A stretch of DNA of 64,000 nucleotides. Origin: Alphaproteobacteria bacterium. Lineage in GTDB: Bacteria; Pseudomonadota; Alphaproteobacteria; GCA-2731375. The translations under genes were made by a program, and so were the position numbers. The notes beneath the pieces are model-generated. The model saw only the letters and a program-made list of their open reading frames with translations, was not told the origin of the DNA and ran no database searches. Location: positions 608,001 through 672,000 of the forward strand of contig CBDDBZ010000039.1 of NCBI GenBank assembly GCA_965225945.1, read 5' to 3'. Shown here one piece after another: positions 41,756 to 51,808 of the stretch; position 1 is the stretch's first letter; each line of letters starts with the position of its first letter.

Positions 41756-44398
41756 TCAGTCGCTCGTCGAGGGGGCCGGGGCCGCCTTGCCGCCGCGGCC
41801 CTTGGCGCGCGTGCTCTTGGACCGCTTGGGGGTCGTTTTGGCTTTGGCGCCCTTGGCGGACTTCGCCCCCTTGGCGGCACGGCCCTTGCCGCCACCGCTC
41901 GCCGCCTTCTTCTGGATCAGCGCCACGGCTTCTTGCAGGGTGATCGCCTCCGGCGTCATGGACTTGGGGATGGTCGCGTTGACCCGCCCGTGCTTGACGT
42001 AGGGACCGTAGCGCCCGTCCATCACCACCACGGGGGCCTGATCTCGAGGATGGGCGCCGAGTTCGCGAAGCGCGCTCGAGGAGGTCCGCGACCCCTTCGC
42101 CGCTGCGAGTTCCGTCACCGCCCGATTGAGCCCGATGGTCAGCACATCCTCGGTGTTCCGCAGTCGGGCATACTTGCGATCACACTCCAAGAACGGACCG
42201 TAGCGTCCAATGCCAGCGTTGATTTGCTTAGCCGTTTCGGGGTGATCACCGACCTTTCTCGGCAGCCGCAACAAGCCCAGCGCCAAGGTGAGGCCGAGCT
42301 GATCGGACGGCACGTCCTCGGGCAGCGAGGCCCGCTTGGGCTTGGCGCCGTCCTCGCCCGCCTCGCCGAGCTGCAGGTAGAGGCCGTAGGGACCCTTGCG
42401 CAGGCTGACCTCGAGCTTGGTTTCCGGATCGACGCCGAGGATGCTCGGCCCGTCGGCCAGGATGTCCCCCGCGCCGTCGTCCTCGCCGCCCGTCAGCGGC
42501 CGGGTGAAGCGGCACTCGGGATAGCGCGAGCAGCCGACGAAGAAGCCGAACTTGCCGCCCTTGAGCGACAGCTCGCCCTCGGTGCATTTGGGACAGCTCC
42601 GGGCCCCCTCGTCGTCGCCGTAGAGATAGGGGGCCAGCAGGTCGTTGACGGCGTCGAACACGTCGCGAACCCGGAGCTCCTTGGTCTCGTCCACGGCGGC
42701 GGAAAACTCGGCCCAGAAGGTCGCGAGGACGGATTTCCACTCGATGTCGCCGGCGGAGATCTCGTCGAGCCGGGACTCCATGTCGGCGGTGAAGCCGTAT
42801 TCCAGATAGCGCGGGAAGTAATTGACCAGGAACGCCGTCACCAGCCGGCCCTTGTCCTCGGGCACGAAGCGGCGCTTGTCGAGGCGAACGTAACTTCGCT
42901 CCTGCAGCACGGTGAGGATCGAGGCATAGGTCGAGGGCCGGCCGATGCCCAGCTCCTCCATTCGCTTCACCAGCGTCGCCTCGGAATAGCGGGGCGGCGG
43001 CTCGGTGAAATGCTGATCGGGCGTGATGTCGCGGCGTTCCAGAGCCGCGCCCTCGGCGACCTTGGGCAGGCGGCGCTCGTCTTGTCCCTCGCCCTCCTTG
43101 TCGTCGCGCCCCTCCTCGTAGAGCTTGAGGAAGCCCGGAAACTCGATCACCGAGCCGGTGGCGCGGAGCCGCGTCGTGGCCTCGGACGGGGCGATGTCGA
43201 TGTTGGTGCGTTGCAGCCGCGCGCTCTCCATCTGGCTCGCGATCGCGCGCTTCCAGATCAGCTCGTAGAGGCGGGCCTGATCCTTGTCCAACCGGCCCCC
43301 GATCGAGCCTGGGTCGCGGGCGAGATCGGTCGGCCGGATCGCCTCGTGCGCCTCCTGCGCGTTCTTCGCCTTGGCGCGGTACAGGCGCGGCTGGGAGGGC
43401 ACGAAAGCCTGGCCGAAACGCTCTGCTATGACCGCGCGGCAGGCCGTGATCGCCTCGTCGACCATCTGTACGCCGTCGGTCCGCATATAGGTGATGAGGC
43501 CGGTCGTCTCGCCGCCGATATCGATGCCCTCATAGAGCCGTTGGGCGATCTGCATCGTGCGCGAGGCCCCGAAACCGAGCTTGCGCGCGGCTTCCTGCTG
43601 CAGCGTCGAAGTGGTGAACGGGGGTTGGGGATGGCGCCGCGCCGGCTTGGTCTCGACCGCGACGACACGCCAGACCGTCCCCGCCTCGAGCCTCGCCACG
43701 GCGCGGGCGGCGGCGGCCTCGTCGCCGAGGGCGAACCTGTCCAGCCGCGCGCCCTCGAGATGCGTCAGGCGCGCGCTCAGGTGTTCGCCTTGCGCCGTCT
43801 CGAAAATTACCTCGACGGTCCAATACTCGATCGGCGAGAACAGCTCGATCTCGTTCTCCCGCTCGCAGACGAGCCGCAGCGCCACCGACTGCACGCGGCC
43901 GGCCGAGCGCGCGCCCGGCAATTTCCGCCAGAGCACGGGCGAGAGCGTGAAGCCGACCAGATAGTCGAGCGCGCGGCGGGCCTGCTGGGCGTTCACCAGG
44001 TCCATGTCCAGCTCGCGCGGATGGGCCATGGCGTCGAGCACCGCGTTCTTGGTGATCGCGTTGAAGACCACGCGCTCGACCTCGATGCCGGCCAGATCCC
44101 GCTTTTCGCCAAGCGCTTGCAGCACGTGCCAACTGATCGCCTCGCCCTCGCGGTCCGGGTCCGTGGCCAGGATCAGCCGGCCGGAACCTTCGAGCGCGCG
44201 GTTAATCTCCGCCAGATGCTTCGCCGCCCGGGGCTCGACCTGGTAGGTCATGTGGAAATCGTTGTCCGGCTCCACCGAGCCGTCCTTGGACGGGAGATCG
44301 CGGACGTGACCGTAGCTCGGCAGCACGACGTAGCTCGCGCCGAGATACTTGTTGATGGTCTTCGCCTTGGCGGGAGACTCGACGACGACGACGTTCAT
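41756..44398 (-). CDS. topA: DNA topoisomerase I
   Basis: VVESPAKAKTI, ATDPDREGE, SAGRVQS, ITYMRTD, GIGRPSTYA, Zn ribbon and C-terminal repeats. Confidence 0.98.
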   Translation of the reverse strand: MNVVVVESPAKAKTINKYLGASYVVLPSYGHVRDLPSKDGSVEPDNDFHMTYQVEPRAAKHLAEINRALEGSGRLILATDPDREGEAISWHVLQALGEKRDLAGIEVERVVFNAITKNAVLDAMAHPRELDMDLVNAQQARRALDYLVGFTLSPVLWRKLPGARSAGRVQSVALRLVCERENEIELFSPIEYWTVEVIFETAQGEHLSARLTHLEGARLDRFALGDEAAAARAVARLEAGTVWRVVAVETKPARRHPQPPFTTSTLQQEAARKLGFGASRTMQIAQRLYEGIDIGGETTGLITYMRTDGVQMVDEAITACRAVIAERFGQAFVPSQPRLYRAKAKNAQEAHEAIRPTDLARDPGSIGGRLDKDQARLYELIWKRAIASQMESARLQRTNIDIAPSEATTRLRATGSVIEFPGFLKLYEEGRDDKEGEGQDERRLPKVAEGAALERRDITPDQHFTEPPPRYSEATLVKRMEELGIGRPSTYASILTVLQERSYVRLDKRRFVPEDKGRLVTAFLVNYFPRYLEYGFTADMESRLDEISAGDIEWKSVLATFWAEFSAAVDETKELRVRDVFDAVNDLLAPYLYGDDEGARSCPKCTEGELSLKGGKFGFFVGCSRYPECRFTRPLTGGEDDGAGDILADGPSILGVDPETKLEVSLRKGPYGLYLQLGEAGEDGAKPKRASLPEDVPSDQLGLTLALGLLRLPRKVGDHPETAKQINAGIGRYGPFLECDRKYARLRNTEDVLTIGLNRAVTELAAAKGSRTSSSALRELGAHPRDQAPVVVMDGRYGPYVKHGRVNATIPKSMTPEAITLQEAVALIQKKAASGGGKGRAAKGAKSAKGAKAKTTPKRSKSTRAKGRGGKAAPAPSTSD

Positions 44399-44442
44399 GT
44401 ACGCTACGGGCCGGGTGACTTAATGGTTTCGACTTGCCGAAG

Positions 44443-45561
44443 TCAGCGAATCGACACCTTGTTCCCCGGATGTCGATCGAGCCGACCGGCCAAGTCGAGT
44501 TCCAGCAAAATGGTGATTACCACCGGCGGTGTCAACTTCGACTGTCGGATCAGCTCGTCGGCCTCGACCGGCGTCCGGCTGAGAAGCGAGATCACGAGCT
44601 CTCGCGCCGGGCTCAATTCGTCCTCGCTCGGCTGCCTCGCGGGGGGTGAGATCGACACCGGCTCCTCGCGCTCCTCGACGCGGCGCGCGCGCATCGCGTC
44701 GAGGGCGTGGGCGATGTCGGCGGCGCTTTCGACGAGTGTCGCGCCCTGGCGAATCAGGTTGTTGGCGCCCCGGGCCCGGGGATCCAACGGCGAGCCCGGC
44801 ACGGCGAACACCTCGCGGCCCTGTTCGGCCGCCAGGCGCGCGGTGATGAGCGAACCGGATCTGGGCGCGGCCTCGACGACCACGGCGCCGAGCGCCAGGC
44901 CGGCGATCAGTCGGTTGCGGCGAGGAAAGTGGCGGGCCGTCGCGCTCGTCCCCATCGCCGCCTCGCCGAGGATCGCCCCGCGCGCCGCGATCTCCTCGTG
45001 AAGCTCCGTGTTTTCGAGCGGATAGATCGTGTCGATGCCGCCGGCGACGACCGCGATCGTGCCGCCGTCGAGCGCACCGGAATGGGCCGCCGCGTCGATC
45101 CCGCGCGCCAGGCCCGAGACCACGACGTAGCCCGCTTCTCCCAGCTCGCGCGCGAGGCTGCGGGCGAAGCGGACGCCGCCCGCCGAAGCGTTGCGCGCGC
45201 CCACCACCGCCACGCAATCGCGTTGCAGCAGGACCTCGTGGCCCTTCAGGAACAGCAGTGGCGGGGGGTCGGCGATGGCGCGAAGCGCCGCGGGATAGTC
45301 CGGCTCGGAGAAACCGACCAGCCGCGCGCCCGCCGTCTCGGCCGCCGCCAGCTCACCCTCCGCCTCGGCCTGGGTGGCGAGGCGGATCTGTCGCCTGCCG
45401 CCGCGCCGCGCCAGGTCCGGCACGGCCTCCAGCGCCGCCTCGGCGTCGCCGAAGCGGTCGAGCAACTGAAAGAAGCTGATCGGGCCGATACCCTCCGAGC
45501 GGATGAGGCGGAGCCACGCGATCCGTTCCCTCCGCGACAACGGCCCTCGCCGTGGTGCCAT
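44443..45561 (-). CDS. dprA: DNA-processing protein DprA
   Basis: AVVGARNAS, SGLARGID, FPRRNRLIAG, SGSLITA. Confidence 0.96.
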   Translation of the reverse strand: MAPRRGPLSRRERIAWLRLIRSEGIGPISFFQLLDRFGDAEAALEAVPDLARRGGRRQIRLATQAEAEGELAAAETAGARLVGFSEPDYPAALRAIADPPPLLFLKGHEVLLQRDCVAVVGARNASAGGVRFARSLARELGEAGYVVVSGLARGIDAAAHSGALDGGTIAVVAGGIDTIYPLENTELHEEIAARGAILGEAAMGTSATARHFPRRNRLIAGLALGAVVVEAAPRSGSLITARLAAEQGREVFAVPGSPLDPRARGANNLIRQGATLVESAADIAHALDAMRARRVEEREEPVSISPPARQPSEDELSPARELVISLLSRTPVEADELIRQSKLTPPVVITILLELDLAGRLDRHPGNKVSIR

Positions 45562-45593
45562 GGAGCGAGTTTCGCCCGATCCCGCGGGCACGG

Positions 45594-46250
45594 TCAATTC
45601 TCGCGAGTTTCGGCCTCGGATTCGGAATCGTCTTTCTCGCTGGCGCCGATTTTCGGCTCGCGGCCGGTGAGCAGACGGCGGATGTTCTGGTAATGGCGAA
45701 GCACGACGACGACGGTGATCAACAGCGCCAGTTCGGTCCGTTGGAGATCGGCCAGAAAATAGGCGAGGGGGGGCGCGAGGCTCACGGCCGTGAGCGACGC
45801 GATGGAGGAATATCTGAAGAGCGCGGCCATCGCGAGCCAGATCGCGCAAGCGGCGAGGCCGACAAGGGGGGCGGCCGCGAGCATGGTGCCCAGGAACGTC
45901 GCCACGCCCTTGCCGCCGCGAAACTTGAGCCAGATTGGAAAACAATGTCCGATGACGGCGCCGGCGCCGGCCAGCACGGCCATGTCCGGGCCCAGCATGC
46001 CACCGATCAAGACGGCGGCGGCGCCCTTTCCGCCGTCGAGCGCGAGTGTCGCGGCCGCCAAACCTTTGTTGCCGGTTCGCAAGACGTTGGTGGCGCCGAT
46101 ATTGCCCGAGCCCACGGCCCGAATGTCGCCCAGACCGGCGAGCCGGGTGAGCAGGAGCCCGAAGGGAAGCGAGCCCAGCAAATAGCCGGCGATGGCGGCG
46201 GCGTAGAACGGCCAGGTGTAGGAGAGGTCGCCCAGCGGATCGACGAACAC
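45594..46250 (-). CDS. plsY: Glycerol-3-phosphate acyltransferase
   Basis: YLLGSLPFG, GSGNIGATNVLR, GHCFP, GGKGVAT. Confidence 0.96.
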   Translation of the reverse strand: MFVDPLGDLSYTWPFYAAAIAGYLLGSLPFGLLLTRLAGLGDIRAVGSGNIGATNVLRTGNKGLAAATLALDGGKGAAAVLIGGMLGPDMAVLAGAGAVIGHCFPIWLKFRGGKGVATFLGTMLAAAPLVGLAACAIWLAMAALFRYSSIASLTAVSLAPPLAYFLADLQRTELALLITVVVVLRHYQNIRRLLTGREPKIGASEKDDSESEAETREN

Positions 46251-46254
46251 CGGG

Positions 46255-47556
46255 CTACGCCGGGTCCCGGAGGTATACCGTCTCGCCGGCGACCACGGTG
46301 CGGGCGATCCGACCCTGGACCGGGCGGCCGCCGAAGGGGGAATTCTTGGACTTGCTGCGGAACCCGTCCTCGTCGATTTGGTAGGGCACGTCGAGGTCGA
46401 TCTCGATCAGGTCCGCCGGCGCGCCCGGGGCCAGACGCCCCTGGGCCAGGCCGAAGATTGCGGCTGGCGCGCAAGTCATGGTCGCGAGCGTTCGGGCCAG
46501 CGTCAGCTCGCCGTTGTGATAGAGCTCGAGGGCCAGCGGCAGCAGGGTCTCGAGGCCGATGATCCCGGTCGCCGCCTGGGCGAAGGGCAGACGCTTACTC
46601 TCGACGTCGCGGGGATCGTGACCCGAGGCGACGAGGTCGATGGTGCCGTCCGCCAGACCGTCCGCCACGGCCCGTCGATCGGCCTCCGCGCGCAGCGGCG
46701 GCGCCGTCTTGGCGAAGCTTCGGTACGAGCCGACGGCGGTCTCGTTGAGGGCGAAGTTGTGCACCAGCGCGCTCGCCGTGACCCGGAGGCCGCGCGCCTT
46801 GGCCGCGCGGATCGCGGCCACCGAGGGGGCGGTCGAGAGGGCGGCGGCGTGATAGCGAGCGTCGGTCAGCTCGACCAGGTGGAGATCGCGCGCCAGCATG
46901 ATCGTTTCGGCTTGCCCAGGGATCCCGGCGAGACCGAGCCGCATGGAGATTTCGCCCTCGTTCATCACCCCGTCGGGTGCCAGCGTCGGGTCCTCGGGAT
47001 ACTGGCAGACCACCACGTCGAAGGCATCGGCGTAGCTGAGGCAACGGCGCATGACACGGGAATCGGCCACCGCGCGATCGGCGTCGGTGACGGCCACGGC
47101 GCCTGCTTCGGCCAGGAGTCCGTATTCCGTCATCTCGCGACCGGCCAGGCCCTTGGTCATCGCCGCCATGGGGTGGACCCGGACCTTGGTCGAATCGCGG
47201 GCCCGCCTGGCCATGTATTCGACCAGCGCGACGTCGTCGATCACCGGATCGGTGGTCGGCATGGTCAGGATCGTGGTGACGCCACCCGCCACCGCCGCCT
47301 CGCCCGCGCTCGCCAGGGTCTCACGATGCTCGGAGCCGGGCTCGCCCACGAAGACGCGAGCATCGATCAGCCCCGGGGCCAGAACCCGGCCGGCGCACTC
47401 GACCACGGCGATCCCCTCCGGCACGCCGTCGGCGAACAGGCCGGGGCCGAGCTCGGCGATTCGCCCACCCTCGCTCAGCAACGCGCCCTTGGCCTCGAGG
47501 CCGCTTTCGGGATCGATCAGACGGGCGTTCAGATAGGCGACGCGCGGCGCGCTCAC
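46255..47556 (-). CDS. pyrC: Dihydroorotase (PyrB-associated; probably the inactive PyrC' type)
   Basis: PGLIDARV lacks the metal-binding DxHxH; AGGVTT; KRLPF; adjacent to pyrB. Confidence 0.88.
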   Translation of the reverse strand: MSAPRVAYLNARLIDPESGLEAKGALLSEGGRIAELGPGLFADGVPEGIAVVECAGRVLAPGLIDARVFVGEPGSEHRETLASAGEAAVAGGVTTILTMPTTDPVIDDVALVEYMARRARDSTKVRVHPMAAMTKGLAGREMTEYGLLAEAGAVAVTDADRAVADSRVMRRCLSYADAFDVVVCQYPEDPTLAPDGVMNEGEISMRLGLAGIPGQAETIMLARDLHLVELTDARYHAAALSTAPSVAAIRAAKARGLRVTASALVHNFALNETAVGSYRSFAKTAPPLRAEADRRAVADGLADGTIDLVASGHDPRDVESKRLPFAQAATGIIGLETLLPLALELYHNGELTLARTLATMTCAPAAIFGLAQGRLAPGAPADLIEIDLDVPYQIDEDGFRSKSKNSPFGGRPVQGRIARTVVAGETVYLRDPA

Positions 47557-48521
47557 GCGACCAGTCCCGCCAAGGTGTTTCGACGCCGCTGCGCCAGCAG
47601 ATCGAGCACCGCCATCCGCACCGCGACGCCCATCTCCACCTGCTCGCGGATGAGGCTGCGGTGAATGTCGTCGGCGACCTCGCTGTCGATCTCGACACCT
47701 CGGTTCATCGGTCCGGGGTGCATGATCAGGGCGTCCGGCCGGGCAAAGGCCAGTTTTTCCCGATCGAGGCCGAAAAAGCGGAAATATTCCCGGACCGAGG
47801 GCACGAAGCTGCCGTTCATGCGCTCGACCTGGAGCCGCAGCATCATCACGATATCCGCGTCGGCGAGCCCGCCCTCGAGATCGTGATGGACCTCGACGCC
47901 CATCCGTTCCATGGCCGTCGGCAGCAGCGTCGGCGGCGCCACCGCGCGCACCCGGGCGCCCATGGTGTTAAGCAGCATGATGTTCGAGCGGGCGACCCGG
48001 CTGTGCAGGATGTCGCCGCAGATGGCGACGATGAGGCCACCGAGCCGGCCGCGCCGCCGGCGGATGGTCAAGGCATCCAGCAGTGCCTGGGTCGGGTGTT
48101 CGTGTGAGCCGTCGCCAGCGTTGATCACCGCGCCGTCGACCTTTTGCGACAGCAGCTCGACCGCGCCCGCATCGGGATGGCGGACGACCAGGACGTCGGG
48201 GTGCATCGCATTCAGCGTCATCGCCGTGTCGATCAGGGTCTCGCCCTTCTTGATCGCGGAGCCCTCGGCCGACATGTTGATGACATCGGCGCCGAGGCGC
48301 TTTCCGGCCAATTCGAACGAGGTCCGGGTCCGGGTCGAATTTTCGAAGAAGAGATTGATCTGGGTCCGTCCCCTGAGCACGGACTGTTTCTTGTCGAGCT
48401 GGCGGTTCCGCGCCACATATTCATCCGCGAGATCGAGGACGGTCTCGATATCCGACGGCGCCAGCCCCTCGATCCCGAGGAGATGGGGATGCGGAAAACC
48501 GCTCGGTTGGGCAAGGGGCAT
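47553..48521 (-). CDS. pyrB: Aspartate carbamoyltransferase catalytic subunit
   Basis: [29 protein letters not shown]. Confidence 0.98.
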   Translation of the reverse strand: MPLAQPSGFPHPHLLGIEGLAPSDIETVLDLADEYVARNRQLDKKQSVLRGRTQINLFFENSTRTRTSFELAGKRLGADVINMSAEGSAIKKGETLIDTAMTLNAMHPDVLVVRHPDAGAVELLSQKVDGAVINAGDGSHEHPTQALLDALTIRRRRGRLGGLIVAICGDILHSRVARSNIMLLNTMGARVRAVAPPTLLPTAMERMGVEVHHDLEGGLADADIVMMLRLQVERMNGSFVPSVREYFRFFGLDREKLAFARPDALIMHPGPMNRGVEIDSEVADDIHRSLIREQVEMGVAVRMAVLDLLAQRRRNTLAGLVA

Positions 48522-48642
48522 TAAAGGGGCATTCTATAGGCGTCGAGCGAGGCGCGTGCAACCCGGCCGGTAACGCCTTGCCCGAGGCTGTCGGATCGCC
48601 GAGGCGCGCGGGCGAATCGGCAGCGGTGGGGAGCGGCACGCC

Positions 48643-49863
48643 ATGGCGCGAGAACGACAATTCCAAACCCCGGTGACGCGGGACGAGGCGCTCGACGACG
48701 TCTTGGTCGACGAGGTGGCGGAGTGGCTGATGTCGCGGGCCTTGGGCCGCGCCGAGGCGGAAACGCTGCTCGCGGATTGCGGCGAGCGACTGCAGGCCGC
48801 GGGCGTGCCGGTCGCGCGGGCCCAGATCGCCTTCCCGACCCTGCACCCCGTCCTGCGCGCCATGAGCTTCACCTGGACCGCCGGGGGCGATGCCGTCCCC
48901 CTCGGCATCGAACACGAGGGCGGCGCGGAACGGCTTCGCGCCACGCCGCAGTTCCACATGATCCGGACGAAATTGCCGCATCTCCGCCGGCGCCTGGTGG
49001 GACCGGAGGCACAGCACGATTTCCCGATCCTCGGCGAACTGGCGGCCGAGGGCTATACCGACTACCTGGCCTTCGCCGTCGCCTTCGACGAGACCTTCGA
49101 GGATGGCGTCATCGGCTCCTGGGCGAGCGACCGGCCCGACGGCTTCTCCGACCGCCACCTTCGCGCCCTGCTGCGCATCCAGCGCCGCCTGGCGGTCGCC
49201 TTCAAGCTCGTCATCAAGCAGCAGATCACCGAGAACGTGCTTCACACCTATCTCGGGCGGGAGGCGGGGGACCGCGTGCTGGCCGGGCACATCCGGCGCG
49301 GCGATCATGTGGAGATCCCCGCCGTGGTCTGGTTCGGCGATCTCAGAAACTCGACCCGGATGTCGGAGACGATGGCGGTCGAGGACTATCTGGCGATGCT
49401 GAACGATTATTTCGAATGCGCCGCCGGCGCCGTCCGCGCACAGGATGGCGAGGTGCTGCTGCTGCTGGGCGACGCGGTGCTGGCGATCTTCCGCTTCGAC
49501 GAGGCTTTGGGCGATGCGGACCGCGCCGCGGATCGCGCGCTCCGCGCAGCGCGCGACGCGCTCGCGCGGCTCAATCGCGATCGCGCCCGGGCGGGGCGGG
49601 AATTACTCGCGCAGGGCATCGCGCTCCACGTCGGGCGGGTGATGTACGGCAACATCGGCGTGCCGGAGCGGCTGCAGTTCACCGTCACCGGCCCGGTGGT
49701 GAACGAGGTCGCGCGGCTGGAGGCGCTGACCAAGAGCCTGGGCCGCACCATCCTGGCGAGCCGCGCCTTCGCCGATCTCGCGCCCGGTGCCTGGCATTCC
49801 CTCGGCCGGCCCGACCAACCGGGCGTGCCGGAGCCCTTGGAGGTGCTCAGTCCAGACGCGTGA
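48643..49863 (+). CDS. Class III nucleotidyl cyclase with N-terminal GAF-like region
   Basis: TLHP, YLGREAG.RVLAG.I.RG, WFGDLRNST, GDAVL, NEVARLE. Confidence 0.88.
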   Translation: MARERQFQTPVTRDEALDDVLVDEVAEWLMSRALGRAEAETLLADCGERLQAAGVPVARAQIAFPTLHPVLRAMSFTWTAGGDAVPLGIEHEGGAERLRATPQFHMIRTKLPHLRRRLVGPEAQHDFPILGELAAEGYTDYLAFAVAFDETFEDGVIGSWASDRPDGFSDRHLRALLRIQRRLAVAFKLVIKQQITENVLHTYLGREAGDRVLAGHIRRGDHVEIPAVVWFGDLRNSTRMSETMAVEDYLAMLNDYFECAAGAVRAQDGEVLLLLGDAVLAIFRFDEALGDADRAADRALRAARDALARLNRDRARAGRELLAQGIALHVGRVMYGNIGVPERLQFTVTGPVVNEVARLEALTKSLGRTILASRAFADLAPGAWHSLGRPDQPGVPEPLEVLSPDA

Positions 49864-49983
49864 GCCTCACCGCCTGGGCGGCAGCCGGCGTGTTTGGGGA
49901 GGACCAGGGCATGGCCGCTGCCGTGCCACTTCGGGCAATCGCGGCCGAATGCCGCTCAGGTCGCCGCACCTCCCACCTAGGAA

Positions 49984-50325
49984 TCAATCATCTCCGAGCA
50001 GTTCGTTCAAAACGGTACCGAGTCTTGGTAGCTCGTCCTCGACGACGCGCCACACTCGGGCCCGGTCGACCACGGCGTAGCCGTGCACCAGGATGTTGCG
50101 AAAAGCCACGATGCGCCGATAGTCGGGCACGCGCTCCGCCAACTCGGGGTCGGATCGTGCCAGCTGCGCTAGCGCTTCGCCGATGATCTCAAACTGTCGC
50201 TCCACCGCCGAATGGAGCATGGCGTCGGAAATGTATTCCTCGAGCGTCTTGCCAAGCGTGAATGCGACGATGGCGTCCGCCGCGGCGCGGGCGTCCCAAA
50301 GGAACTTGCGCGGATCATGGTCCAA
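49984..50325 (-). CDS. HepT-like HEPN ribonuclease toxin (DUF86)
   Basis: AVERQFEIIGEA, RNILVHGY (RX4HXY). Confidence 0.92.
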   Translation of the reverse strand: MDHDPRKFLWDARAAADAIVAFTLGKTLEEYISDAMLHSAVERQFEIIGEALAQLARSDPELAERVPDYRRIVAFRNILVHGYAVVDRARVWRVVEDELPRLGTVLNELLGDD

Positions 50326-50623
50326 AGACCTGCTCCCGCGATCGCTCGATGCTGGCGCGGAGATAGGGGTTTGTCACCGCTCCTGCCTCGACCAGATCGA
50401 CCCTTCGCTCGAGCAGCGCTTCGAGCGCTTCCTTCAAGCCGAAGTAGGCGGCGAAGGATTGCGCGCGCGGATCGGTGTCGAACTCCACCAGAAAATCGAC
50501 ATCGCTCCGTTCCAGGTCAAAGTCGCCGCGTGCCGCCGAGCCGAACAGCTCTAGGCGCCGCACATGGAAGCGCCGGCACAGCTTGGCGATTTCTTTCCGC
50601 TTGACGTCGATCAGTTGCAGCAT
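50315..50623 (-). CDS. MNT/MntA minimal nucleotidyltransferase antitoxin
   Basis: LFGSAARGDFDLERSDVD (GSX10DXD-like), RVDLV, NPYL. Confidence 0.92.
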   Translation of the reverse strand: MLQLIDVKRKEIAKLCRRFHVRRLELFGSAARGDFDLERSDVDFLVEFDTDPRAQSFAAYFGLKEALEALLERRVDLVEAGAVTNPYLRASIERSREQVFGP

Positions 50624-50708
50624 CGCGCCCGTCCGTCCTGCCTCGACGTAGGCCCGCCCCGCGGTTCCCACGAGGCGTCCAAAGGGTGGACAATCTTGAA
50701 GTTGTAGC

Positions 50709-50870
50709 TCACCCGCGGGCTGGTCGCACCTTTTCCCGATCGGCGCGCCGGCCGGGATCGTCCAGGCTGGTGCCGGTCACCACGGTGAAGGTGAAGCCGC
50801 AGGCGATCGGCTCGCCGCGCGCCGTGTCGCGGACCGCGCCCAGGAGGCAGCCGCCTTCGTCGTCGCTCAT
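50709..50870 (-). pseudogene. Internally deleted GFA (glutathione-dependent formaldehyde-activating) family remnant
   Basis: MSDDEGGCLLGAVRDTARGEPIAC...VTGTSLDDP resembles the GFA N-terminus (GGCLCGAVRY...GEP) joined to the C-terminal GTLDDP motif; GGAGGG RBS. Confidence 0.6.
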
Positions 50871-50892
50871 GGTTCTCACGCCCTCCAACTCC

Positions 50893-51795
50893 TCAGATCA
50901 ACGCCACCGGCCGCACTGGCGAGCCCGTCGCACCCTTGAACTTCACCGGCAGCAGGATGAAGCAGAAGCTCGAGATGGAGTCGCGGATCAGCGAGTCCAT
51001 CACCAGGTTCTCGATCAGGTAGACCCCCGCGTCGATCAGGCAGTGCTGGTGCACCGGCATGACGATCTCGGGATGGTCGGTGCCCGGCAGGACCTCGACC
51101 GCCATGTTGTCGACGCCGATGGCGACGACGTCCCGCTCGGTCAGCCATTGCGCCGCCGCCAGGTCGAGACCCGGCTCGCCCGCCACGTAGCGATCGTTGT
51201 CGGTCATGAAGAAGCGGCCCCAGCCGGTGTTGAGGCAGACCACGTCGCCGGCCCGCAGTTCGATGCCCGTCGCCGTCAAGGCCCGCTCGACGTCGCCCTG
51301 GCCGACGGCGCGGCCGGCTTCCAGATATTCGCCGCCATCGAGGCCAGAGACGTCGATGCAGACCCCCCGGGTAATGAAGGCCGGCGCGTGCTCGATGCCG
51401 AGCTTCTCCAGCCCCCAGTCGCCGACCACTTCCTCGGCGCTGTGACCGCCATAGAGCGCGTCGCCCCGGGAGAAGTGGCCCAGCGCGTCGATATGGGTGC
51501 CGACGTGGGTGGTCATCTCGATCCGCTCCAGGTTGGAGCCGACCTCGTTGGTGGCGCCGAGCGCGGCGCGGCGCTTGATGCCGTTCCGGGAGGTGGCGGA
51601 AGCGGTGATGACATAGGGCAGCTGCGCCGGAGCCATTCGCGGCGCGCCCATCTCGATCAGCTGGCTCATGTCGTGGATGCGGCCCTCGGCCACGAGCGAG
51701 AGGGCGGCGAGCACGCCTTCCGGCCCCAGCAGGTGTCCGGCCCCCAACTGGTCGCCGGCGCCCCAGCGAGAATGGTCGTGGATGCAATTGGTCAT
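50893..51795 (-). CDS. Cyclase family (kynurenine formamidase-like) metal hydrolase
   Basis: RWGAGDQLGA, HVGTHIDALGH, GVDNMAVE, LIENL, GATGSPVRPVA. Confidence 0.9.
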   Translation of the reverse strand: MTNCIHDHSRWGAGDQLGAGHLLGPEGVLAALSLVAEGRIHDMSQLIEMGAPRMAPAQLPYVITASATSRNGIKRRAALGATNEVGSNLERIEMTTHVGTHIDALGHFSRGDALYGGHSAEEVVGDWGLEKLGIEHAPAFITRGVCIDVSGLDGGEYLEAGRAVGQGDVERALTATGIELRAGDVVCLNTGWGRFFMTDNDRYVAGEPGLDLAAAQWLTERDVVAIGVDNMAVEVLPGTDHPEIVMPVHQHCLIDAGVYLIENLVMDSLIRDSISSFCFILLPVKFKGATGSPVRPVALI

Positions 51796-51808
51796 CTTTC
51801 TCCCTCGT

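Noticed and set aside
46255-47556. Dihydroorotase lacking metal-binding His residues as a novelty
   Set aside because: Inactive PyrC' partners of PyrB are already well known in proteobacteria
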